From: Saccostrea echinata
Taxonomy: Eukaryota
Assembly (NCBI RefSeq): GCF_033153115.1
Contig: NW_026889758.1
Location: forward strand, 36,580,001 to 36,644,000
Length of the DNA stretch: 64,000 nt
Reading direction: 5' to 3'
Made by a program: the position numbers and the translations under genes. The notes under the pieces were generated by a model. The model saw only the letters and a list, made by a program, of their open reading frames with translations, had not been told where the DNA came from and searched no databases. Of this stretch, positions 54,901 to 64,000 are shown one piece after another (positions within the stretch are counted from its first letter, which is position 1; each line of letters starts with the position of its first letter).

Positions 54901-56904
54901 TAAAGAAACATAATCAGTTTCAAATGAATTATCTATTTAAATCCCAAGAAGAAGGATTTTAAAAAGAAAATATCTTACCTCCTAAATCTGTCGATTATTA
55001 CACGTATATCAAAATCCGTATTTTCTCTGTCATCTTTCTCACTCATTGTTAAACTCTCTGAATCAAATGCATTCAACAACATTGCCAGGAAAAGATTCAG
55101 AACCTGAAAGACATTGCTATGTAAATTGTATGTGAATATACCTCAAAATCCTTAGAATTAAGTAAATGAAGTAAGTATATTCTAAGCTAAATTATAATTA
55201 TCTTCACGGTAGCTCAGTCAGTAGAGCGCTCGGGAGGTCGTGTGTTCGAATCACGGCCACGACCTACCCAAGTCGAAAAAAAAATAGGTAGCAACTGTTC
55301 CTTCGCCAAGCGCTCGGCACTTTGAAGTGAAAGTTGCGAGTCATTCGGATGAGAATGAGAAAACCGAGGCCCCCTGTCACGGTAGCCGTTGGCACGATAA
55401 AGAATACTCACTGCTCAATGGTCCTGGGTGCCGAGTAAAGGTCTAAATTTGAATCCCTTCACTGGTATATGGTAACATTTCTATATGAGTGAAAAATTAC
55501 ATACAATTAATCAATCAATCAATGAAAGTCCTCGATTAGACCATAAAGTTCATCATCTAATACATTTTTATGATATACCGGATATTTAGACACATACTCT
55601 TCAAGTAAGTTCAGCTGACCTATTGAACAAGATATTTTGACAACATAATGTTTTGAGGCTTATGTATGTGCATTCGACTTAAGACATGATCTCCATTGTG
55701 TTAGATTAGATAATATCAGGTAAACTTGTTTACAGTGATGGTGTTTCCTTCTAGCAATTGTCTTCATGATGTACCCTCCCAGATCAAGCTATTTTTAAAA
55801 CAATGAAATCAGTTGCTTTTGTTCCGTTGTTGGACAATTTGAGGATAGTTTTAAAGGCTAAAAGAGTTGAGGTTAATCGATACTTGTTCAGTCGAATTCA
55901 ATATTACTGAGTATGCCATATAAACGTGTCTTCATTTGATGTTGGAGGATTTCTTTTTACTAAATTTAAGGTCCAAAAACTGAAATTGTTCTAGGTGATA
56001 ATGAATATACGTAGAGTGAAGATTGCTACACACATGAAGCCAAATTTCGATCTAAATACTGTAAAATCACATATTTTCGTGTGGTCAAATGTTCGTGGTT
56101 TGATGAGAAAATATGGGTTTGTGGGGATTAGATTTCGTGGATGAAGAATTGCTGAGTAGTTACGTATATGACATTTTTTATTTCATGGTGGACATGAATT
56201 CGTGGGTCTCCTTATACCTTATATATATAATCATGGAAAGATTCGATAATTCTTTGAATGAAAAAAAAAAATGTAGACAAATTGATACCAAATGGGCTAT
56301 CTAAAAATAAAGAAGCTAGGTGAAGATTGATCTTAGGCCTATTTGAAAGGTGTGTCTAAATGAATGAAATTCATATAAAGCATGAAGATGTTCCTTTGAA
56401 ATTATGATGTGAATAGCAGTAGCGAAGATTATGCGAAGGGAATTGAACGTAAATTGTGAATCTAAGGTTTAAAAAAATACGTATAAGGAGTTGCATAAAA
56501 TTTATAGTGTTGGCGATTTTTATGCCCCGTAATCGAAGATTCGGTTGCATATAATTTTAAGGGTTTTTTTAAGCAAAAACTTTAACCTTGCCCATAACTT
56601 TTGAATGGTTATTGCTAGGGCTTTCTTATTTCACCTATGTACTCATATTTTTCACTGATATGGAGACATCAACACTTGCCGGTGGATGACTGTAAATTTA
56701 GACCTGTACTCAGCACTCAAGGCCATTGAGCATTGAGGAATCTTTTTCGTACCAGCACCTACTATGATACGGGACCTCGGTTTATACTGTCCGAAGGATT
56801 GATCTCCACGTCCAGTAGTGAAATTCTAACCGGCGACGCAAGGATCAACTCCTTTCTCCACTCTAACCACGTTACGCTAAATTTGTGCCTCGCTAAAAAT
56901 TCCA

Positions 56905-56973
<69 letters not shown>

Positions 56974-57543
56974 CACATTTTACAACAACTCTTAAACTAA
57001 CATAACTGCCCTAAGTGAAGAAATATTAATATAGAAAGCACAAAGAAAATTCACTTTTTATAAGGATACCCACTTCCGCCCCAGCCCGGGGTTGAACTCT
57101 CGACCTACGGAATCTGTCTCCTAGCAGTACAGGAACAGCGCGCTAGACCGCTCGGCTATCTAGGCAAATCAAAAAATTTGCTTTCGATGCCGATGGAATT
57201 CTCGCGGCGCTGTCCTACACTACACGGTCATTGAGAATGGAAGTGAGATACAGTTATTTGGACATTAGTTTTATCAGAGGATCGTTACCAATACATGTTG
57301 TAATGAAATTAATTTTTATTTATAAAGCACATTTTACAACAACTCTTAAACTAACATAACTGCCCTAAGTGAAGAAATATTAATATAGAAAGCACAAAGA
57401 AAATTCACTTTTTATAAGGATACCCACTTCCGCCCCAGCCCGGGGTTGAACTCTCGACCTACGGAATCTGTCTCCTAGCAGTACAGGAACAGCGCGCTAG
57501 ACCGCTCGGCTATCTAGGCAATATATATATATATTTCTTTGTG

Positions 57544-57591
<48 letters not shown>

Positions 57592-59145
57592 TGTAAAAGC
57601 GATAATATTCGTTGGGAATTAAATTTATTTTGTTGTTAACAATTATCAAGGAATTTATATCCCGTACGAAATTTTTATATCACATATATATTGAATAGGG
57701 TTACTTTCGAAACAACGAAATTAAATGCTCACGAAACCGTTTTAGATGACAAATCAACGAATTTTTATCCCCACGAAAATTTGTGCTTCTACAGTAATTG
57801 CATATGATTTTACTTTGTAAATTTTATTTCTTACCACGAGATTTCCTATGAGATAGGTGGATATGAAGAATAGAAGACAGAAAGGTCCCGCTGAAGACCA
57901 ACACAGCCACATTGACTCTATCCACTCTCCACATAATACGCGGAAAACCACCAAAAAAGAGTGGAAAAAGTCCGTGAAGTTCCATCTCGGCATTCCGTCA
58001 GTGTAATACGAGATGTAGTCATCTCGAAACAGATGAAAACCCATTACAGAGAAAGTAAAAACAACAATCATCTGAACAAATAGTAAATAACACAATGAAT
58101 TCATTGTGTTTGACATGATTCGAAGCAGTTTGTTGAAAGTGTGCCAGGATTTCGCAAGTTTAAAGATGCGCAACTAAGAACAAAAATAAAAAAGTAAATA
58201 ACAAAAGAGGAAAACTGACAACATCAACAAAGGCATCAAAAAATACAAAACATTGATACACATACCAAGCGGAACGACCGCAGAATGCTGAATCCACTAA
58301 TATCTTCAAAAACATACTCTAGGAAGCTGCAGATTACCACAATAAAATCAAAACAGTTCCAGCGATTTGTAATGTATTTAAGGGGACCAAGCGCGACAAT
58401 CTTTAAAAATGCTTCCAAAACAAATATGGACAAAAAAACCTGAAAATGAATTAATCAAAAATGTCGAGTTNNNNNNNNNNNNNNNNNNNNNNNNNNNNNN
58501 NNNNNNNNNNNNNNNNNNNNNNNNNNNNNNNNNNNNNNNNNNNNNNNNNNNNNNNNNNNNNNNNNNNNNNNNNNNNNNNNNNNNNNNNNNNNNNNNNNNN
58601 NNNNNNNNNNNNNNNNAAAAACGCATTAGGTGTATATGTAATTTAAAACTTCAGTAAATACAAAAACGCAATCACTTACATAATTTCCATATTTTAAGAT
58701 GTCCTCTAAATGTTTACTCTTGTTGTGATGGTCAATTGCCATAAAAAGTGTATTCGTAACAATGATGAACATCACAAAGAGGTCCGCAAATGGATCAAGA
58801 ATCACAAAGGCAATTAAATCTTGAAATTTCCTCAAGAACTGACAATTCCACATGCTACCCAAAGCCTTGGATGAATTATTAACTCCTCTTGAATCATCTG
58901 AGAGATACAGAGATACATTGTCATTCATGATAGACAAAATGTTGTATAAAGAACAGTGATAGCTTGATCTCTGTTATATGATTCTATTGAAAAGGTCATT
59001 GACAAAATCATACCGTCGTTTTCCCCCTTTTCTTCATTTTCTTCAATATCAGTGACTTCCCTGCTTTGATCTTCCAAATTATTTTTCCTCCCTGCACCTA
59101 TATTGTTCTGTTCAAAGTTCACAAACATCATTTCACCAGAATGTA

Positions 59146-59231
<86 letters not shown>

Positions 59232-60792
59232 CCCTTTTCCTGTATCAGCCCGAGACATCAATATCAGCCAGAGAGCTTAAAGCCCGAGGGCTGATACATG
59301 ATGTTATGGAAAAAGGTATGTTTTATTATGTTCATTACATATTTATTAATATGACATCTACATGAGCAAATACAAGTAGATTATCACTTGGTTATTGTAT
59401 CAAATTCCAATAATATAATATTACATTTTTTTTCAGAGAGAATGTGAACGAAAAATAGGTGTACTATCAAAAATACTATAATTTAAAGGTCTAATATACA
59501 ATAGGTGTGATATAACCCTATTTATAACTCTTGTGGACGATGCAGATCCGTATGCGCCCAGAATGCTGATATCGCATATGCAAAAAATTCTATACATATC
59601 ACTAGGTATGTAATAAATTCTACTATTACGTACATTATTATGCATCGATTGACATAAGTCCTTGCTCATCTTTATGTATTTTCTATTTCATCGCTATTTC
59701 TTATACAATCTCATACACCATTAGAGGTGAGTTTTATATGCAATTACCTGTTCGTTTTTGTCATCACTTTCAGCTTCTTCTTCTTGTTCTTGTTTGTCTT
59801 TATTAAGCGTGTGAATGAAGGACACGGCCACAATGGCAATTATAAGATTTATTAGGAAAAAGGATCCAAGTATGATAATAAAGAAGAAGAAGAAAAAATG
59901 AGGTGTTCCATTTGCCCGTATTGTCTGAAATTACATAAGAAGCGGTAAGTATGTTTATCATCATCTATTTTGAATAATACTTTTACTTGAAATGATTTGC
60001 TAAATTGATTTCCTTGAGAAGTCCATTGACCATGGGATCTTAATTTAATATACATATGTATATTGCTAATATATTTTGAAAAAGATTTATCATCAGTCAG
60101 CTTGTGCATCGAGACAATATAATGTACACGAGCAACTGATGAACCAAGATTTCATGAATATTAAAACAATATAATGCCTTCTTTGGTTATACATGTGGAG
60201 GGATGAACAGTTGCGACATTGCAATGTTAGTACAAGCCGATTATGTAAACATAATCTCTAATGATAGAATCCATTCAGCCCCATATAAACAAAAAATAAA
60301 CATTTATTATTAAACATATAACATATCATATAAAGTGGGTGTAAGTTCTTAAAATACTAATAATGCATTATCAATCCGTTCGTTGTATTGACGGAAGGGT
60401 CATGAAACGGTTGACCATAAAGTCTGCCATGCTGATGACTGATGAAGGTCATATGTAACACCTGAAGAATACAAGAATTTCTTCTTGAATTAATTTTTGT
60501 AAACCATGCATTGCTCATCCTCAGACTGTATTGATCTTATGTTTATGTAGCTAAACTGAATTTTACTGATATTTCCCTTTTATTCTATAAGATCCGAGGT
60601 TTTAAATTTTGTCATTACATTCTTTCAATATTTGAAGATCTTCTACCTTATCCCCTTTCAGAAGAACTCTTCTAAGTATGAAATTTTATTAGTCATGTAA
60701 TTGAAACATTTCTGTTTTAAAGGGGAAAAATCCCGAAATCGCCAAGATTATTGCCCGGAAAAAATCTTTTTGCCGAAATTCTTGAATACTCA

Positions 60793-60879
<87 letters not shown>

Positions 60880-63562
60880 TTATGAGACAACGTTGTTGCA
60901 ATACATTTGTGGCCCATTTTACCAGATTGTATAGGTTTTCCCAAAAGTCCTGTGCTATTAATCGAAATGAAGATAAGAGAGCTCCACCAAAATTGTCAAA
61001 ATGTGTGAAGTTTGAATTAGGATTGCTGTTTGTATCCTTTATACAAAAGAAAGACGATGGACAACTTCTGAAATGAAAAAAAGAAAACAAAAAATGATTA
61101 TTCTGTTTTCATCAATCTACTGTGCTCTGAACATATCTGGAAACCTAATGAAAAAGGAGAAGATAACGAACAGAGATCCATCTCAAAAAAAAAATGCAAA
61201 TCTGTGAACAGGGCATAAAACACGGATCCCTGGAAATTCCAGGGTTGGGATTAGGTGCCTAGGAAGAGTAAGCATCCCCCGTCGACAAGTCACACCCGCC
61301 ATAAACCCTTTGTAATGAACAGGTAGACGGAGTAATCCGTAATTAAATTTAGACCTTTCAAACATTTTTTGTTCAGTATAATTTAAGTTTAAAATACCAT
61401 ACGTTGAAAATCTATAAATGTACCATCACACGAAATCGGCAGATTTGGTTTATTTCCATTTATTTATCCATCCATTTTATTTATTTATTTATTTGTAGAG
61501 GACAGAAAAGCAGTTTTATCTCATCTCATGAAACTGTTGATAGATAAAGATTTGGAAAATCAAATATTTGTAAATTACAAAACACGCACTTTGTTTTCTT
61601 AAAATGCAGCATATAATTGATTCTTTGAACTGAATGTTAGAGTTTTTTAATTATTATTTTCAACACTGCATAAAAGCTGTATTGTAAGGGACAAATGTTT
61701 TAAGTCTTTTTTCCTGTTACTTATATTATGCTTGAGATATTTTTGTTATTTTTTTTATTTCATATTTCCAAAAAATAAATCGTTTCTCCTTTCACTCTCA
61801 AGTACTTATTTTCCCGGAAAAAATCTTCACGCTTGTTTGTTAATTATTGTCAATTAAATATTCAATGTTTTCAATACATATATTAAACATACAAGTTAAA
61901 CTTTATGATATACTATCAAGTCGGCGAACCATGACCAGTTTTCAACCAGACAGATACCATATAACGGGTATTTTCTATGGTTGCAAATTTCTGTGTTTGC
62001 TCTCAGAAAGGTAGCAAATTAATTTCTGTGATTGCGCTATACCTTAAAAAGTTCATTTAAGAGAAAGACTACAGGGTATTAAATTTGGCAAAACACTGCA
62101 ACGTTTAACGCTTTAAGATTGATATGACTCTGTTCAGGATAAATCAGAACTGATATAGAAATCTGCTGCGCTTCTCTCTTTCAATTATATTTGTTTATTG
62201 TTTTCAAATAACATTTATTTCATATCCTGGAAAGTAAATTTTTCCATTACACAGTTATCAGTTATGAATTTAAGGGTTAAAAATAAGGCGAGAAACTGCC
62301 TTGACATACGCATCACTTTTGAGTGTTTGTGCAAAAGTATCTTGATATTTAAAGAATATTTTGCGCTTGTATTTTTTGTAGATTTGCTCTATCCGCAAAA
62401 TAGCTTAAAAAATTGGACAACCGCAGAATATATCCGTTATACGGTATTTATGATAAAATATGAAGATAACGAGAGTTATTATTATGTAAAAATTAAGAGC
62501 AAAGGAAACAAGAACTCCTGAAAACGTCAGAGGTGGGATCAGGTGCAATGGAGTGAGTATAACATTTCGACCTAATGACTAGTTGTATTTGCAAACAAGG
62601 TCATTGTATCGACTATAGAATTTGTGAATTGTTGACCTTAAACGAAATAATTGACATTTTTGTAATTTCAACTTATTTCTCCGTAGCCTGCATCGGTTTT
62701 GAAATTGTTCATACGCAGAATATGCTTTTGCAAATCGTATTCACTGGGATACATAAGCACCATATGCAGGTGACAATGGTATATTGCTACATAAATAAGA
62801 GAAGTTGACGATAGAATAGTTGAAGTTATCACGTTTATCATAAATTTTAGTTATTACCTAAAGTTGATATATCGCACTTAATCAATAAAATCCACACCAC
62901 AGGAGAATAAAACTATTTTTTTTAGCTATGTTTATAAAGCCTATGATCGAATCATACCCCGCTCCGGTTCCATTCCCGCACATTAGTGGCTGACCAGACT
63001 TCGTATGATACCAGTTATCTGTTTCAAAAAGAAAGTATATATGCGAAAGTTAAAATGTGTTATTTGTTCAGTAAAACAAATACCTCCTTCGTATATCCTA
63101 CCATAAACTATTTTTTTTTACACCCAGTACTTAAAATACTAGGGGCAATTACNNNNNNNNNNNNNNNNNNNNNNNNNNNNNNNNNNNNNNNNNNNNNNNN
63201 NNNNNNNNNNNNNNNNNNNNNNNNNNNNNNNNNNNNNNNNNNNNNNNNNNNNNNNNNNNNNNNNNNNNNNNNNNNNNNNNNNNNNNNNNNNNCACGTGCC
63301 TTTTGTACAATTTATTTTAGTGTTGCTTAACCTCAAATGGAAATACCTGTGTTCTGTACATGTTGAAACCATTTGTTTTCTAATTCTGAATGATTGAAGG
63401 AAACATTAAAGTTTTCGATGGTAATACATTTGTGTCTCAATGTGCCCATGTAGAGTTGAGTTCCAACAATTGCAAATATTGAAATCATGAGAACTGCTAA
63501 AACGATTACGTCACGAAGTCGGCGAATTGCGTCCAGTAATGCACCAGCAACTGTCCGTAAGG
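47812..63562 (-). CDS. Nav1: Voltage-gated sodium channel alpha subunit, Nav1 type (DEKA), divergent; 5' end outside the window; 18 exons, about 1219 aa visible
   Basis: Pore loops QDFWE / CGEWIE / TYKGW / TSAGWD; S4 repeats in DII-DIV; all 18 exons join in frame through GT-AG junctions with no internal stop. Confidence 0.95.
48954..49224 (-). CDS. Nav1: Nav exon: DIV S1-S3
   Basis: [28 protein letters not shown]...[15 protein letters not shown]; 271 nt. Confidence 0.93.
49352..49459 (-). CDS. Nav1: Nav exon: III-IV linker (inactivation gate)
   Basis: [36 protein letters not shown] aligns to the ...MFMTEDQKKYYNAMKK...PIPRP consensus; 108 nt. Confidence 0.88.
49465..51938 (-). mobile_element. 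Non-autonomous Helentron carrying about 13 copies of a 166-bp Cg170-like satellite
   Basis: Same termini as 42630-43451 in the opposite orientation; unit starts at 49555, 49721, 49871, 50037, then every 166 bp to 51531; (GACG/GACA)n at about 51826-51889. Confidence 0.92.
52384..52521 (-). CDS. Nav1: Nav exon: DIII S6
   Basis: [46 protein letters not shown]; 138 nt. Confidence 0.93.
52735..52788 (-). CDS. Nav1: Nav exon: DIII pore loop (filter K)
   Basis: [18 protein letters not shown]; 54 nt. Confidence 0.93.
52915..53178 (-). CDS. Nav1: Nav exon: DIII S5 and loop
   Basis: [42 protein letters not shown]...[16 protein letters not shown]. Confidence 0.93.
53435..53598 (+). mobile_element. 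SINE 3' fragment
   Basis: GGCACGAAAAGATC...GGTCTAAATTTGCAGCCC...ATATGAGTGAAAAATT and (CAAA)n tail; homologous to 55204-55523. Confidence 0.75.
53903..54025 (-). CDS. Nav1: Nav exon: DIII S4
   Basis: [41 protein letters not shown]; 123 nt. Confidence 0.92.
54123..54296 (-). CDS. Nav1: Nav exon: DIII S2-S3
   Basis: [11 protein letters not shown]...[28 protein letters not shown]; 174 nt. Confidence 0.93.
54420..54828 (-). CDS. Nav1: Nav exon: II-III linker and DIII S1
   Basis: LLNWSRMKF...[22 protein letters not shown]. Confidence 0.88.
54979..55103 (-). CDS. Nav1: Nav exon: end of DII S6
   Basis: [18 protein letters not shown]...IIDRFR; donor GTAAGA. Confidence 0.9.
55204..55523 (+). mobile_element. 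tRNA-derived SINE
   Basis: CACGGTAGCTCAGTCAGTAGAGCG (A box), GTTCGAATC (B box), body homologous to 45577-45899, (CAAT)n tail. Confidence 0.88.
56518..56640. mobile_element. Terminal fragment of a second Helentron-like family
   Basis: TTTTATGCCCC..ATCGAAGAT..GCATA hairpin start and AACTTTAACCTTGCCCATAACTTTTGAATGG motif. Confidence 0.45.
56648..56880 (-). mobile_element. Degenerate SINE copy
   Basis: TTTTTCACTGATATGGAGAC...AAATTTAGACCT...GGCCATTGAGCA...GGGACCTCGGTTT, homologous to the other SINE bodies. Confidence 0.7.
56968..57521 (-). repeat. Two ~200-bp direct repeats (period 354 bp), each with a tRNA-like Pol III cassette, embedded in (TA)n
   Basis: 56968-57167 matches 57322-57521 with no differences seen; the minus strand reads GCCTAGATAGCCGAGCGGTCTAGCGCGCTG...GTAGGTCGAGAGTTCAACCCC. 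Confidence 0.85.
57589..57795. mobile_element. Short MITE (TACTGTAAAAGC...GCTTCTACAGTA)
   Basis: Inverted termini and internal ACGAAA repeats. Confidence 0.65.
57835..58173 (-). CDS. Nav1: Nav exon: DII S4 to S6 (filter E)
   Basis: [10 protein letters not shown]...[29 protein letters not shown]...IGNLV. Confidence 0.95.
58266..58439 (-). CDS. Nav1: Nav exon: DII S2-S4
   Basis: [35 protein letters not shown]...FSILRSFRL; 174 nt. Confidence 0.93.
58471..58616. other. Assembly gap (intronic)
   Basis: N run. Confidence 0.99.
58680..58897 (-). CDS. Nav1: Nav exon: end of I-II linker and DII S1
   Basis: ...[28 protein letters not shown]...YGNY; donor GTAAGT. Confidence 0.9.
59014..59107 (-). 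CDS. Nav1: Nav exon: I-II linker (acidic)
   Basis: [31 protein letters not shown]; needed to convert phase 0 to phase 1; donor GTATGA. Confidence 0.7.
59146..59230. repeat. (TA)n microsatellite (others at 27640-27680, 56907-56970, 57563-57590, 60797-60877)
   Basis: Pure TA runs. Confidence 0.95.
59748..59924 (-). CDS. Nav1: Nav exon: DI S6 and start of the I-II linker
   Basis: [36 protein letters not shown]...KNEQ; TTTCAG acceptor, GTAATT donor. Confidence 0.9.
60923..61067 (-). CDS. Nav1: Nav exon: DI pore loop (filter D)
   Basis: [48 protein letters not shown]. Confidence 0.93.
61159..61352 (+). repeat. Interspersed repeat family A, copy 4
   Basis: GAAGATAACGAACAG...GGGATTAGGTGCCTAGGAAGAGTAAGCATCCCCCGTCGACAAGTCACACCCGCC. 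Confidence 0.8.
62460..62850 (+). repeat. Interspersed repeat family A, copy 5
   Basis: TGAAGATAACG...AGAGGTGGGATCAGGTGC...ATGCAGGTGACAATGGTA, homologous to 20570-21075. Confidence 0.8.
62958..63018 (-). CDS. Nav1: Nav exon: DI extracellular loop
   Basis: [21 protein letters not shown] matches the conserved LCGN..AG motif; phases fit both neighbours. Confidence 0.85.
63153..63292. other. Assembly gap (intronic)
   Basis: N run. Confidence 0.99.
63347..63562 (-). CDS. Nav1: Nav exon: DI S4-S5 linker and S5
   Basis: [45 protein letters not shown]... read manually (absent from the ORF track); AG/GT bounded. Confidence 0.9.
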
Positions 63563-64000
63563 CTAAATATTTAAAGAAAGTGCTTTAATTCAACACAAAA
63601 TAAATATCTTGAGCAAAAAATGAAATTTGATATAATGTGGTAAGTATTTTTAATTTATTTAAAATAAATACTATAAAATTTGCTTCATCTTAATCCATAA
63701 CCTTAATCACAAATTTATAGATTAAGAATTTGTTTTAAAGTTCCAGTTATATGATATGTAATATCAAGATTTATCTAGAAGATACAAGAACCGGTGTCTT
63801 TAAACGTTTCTCAAGTCCACAATATATTCTCACTTTAGTTAATTTAACACATATTAGCATATAAATATATTCAAACTTAAACCGTTCGTCAGAATTTGTT
63901 CAAACTTTTTAGTTTGCTACCCTCAGCATAAGAGTCAATTATGATTTTAATTAAAGGTCATATCAGAAAAAAGGTCCTAGCCAATGACATAGTGTCCATG

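Noticed and set aside
55204-55270. tRNA gene
   Set aside because: The tRNA-like head lacks the anticodon arm and continues into a SINE body found several times in the window.
57077-57165. Functional tRNA gene (also 57431-57519)
   Set aside because: The acceptor stem pairs poorly and there is no canonical 7-nt anticodon loop; treated as a tRNA-derived element.
47812-63562. Nav2 (DEEA), Cav or NALCN identity, or a pseudogene
   Set aside because: The DIII filter residue is Lys (ATYKGW) and DIV is Ala, and no frameshift or internal stop occurs in 18 exons.

Overview
AT-rich animal genomic DNA. The repeat content (Helentron-borne 166-bp Cg170-like satellite, mollusc-type tRNA SINEs) points to an oyster or other bivalve; this is inference. 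Two convergent protein-coding genes are separated by about 31 kb with no recognisable gene. (1) goosecoid, + strand, 3 coding exons (7854-16463), with an eh1 motif FTIDNIL and a K50 paired-class homeodomain. (2) A voltage-gated sodium channel alpha subunit, - strand, with 18 hand-spliced exons (63562 to 47812); its 5' part lies beyond the window. The channel keeps a DEKA filter and an intact frame, but is atypical: the inactivation motif is KFL instead of IFM/MFM, the C-terminal EF-hand/IQ domain is absent, the I-II linker is very short, and S4, S4-S5, S5 and S6 carry substitutions at normally conserved sites. The rest is non-autonomous transposons (Helentrons, an IS3EU-type MITE, mariner-type MITEs, SINEs, an RTE LINE stub, a tRNA-like direct-repeat element), mini/microsatellites and two assembly gaps. 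No CRISPR array or prokaryotic system is present.
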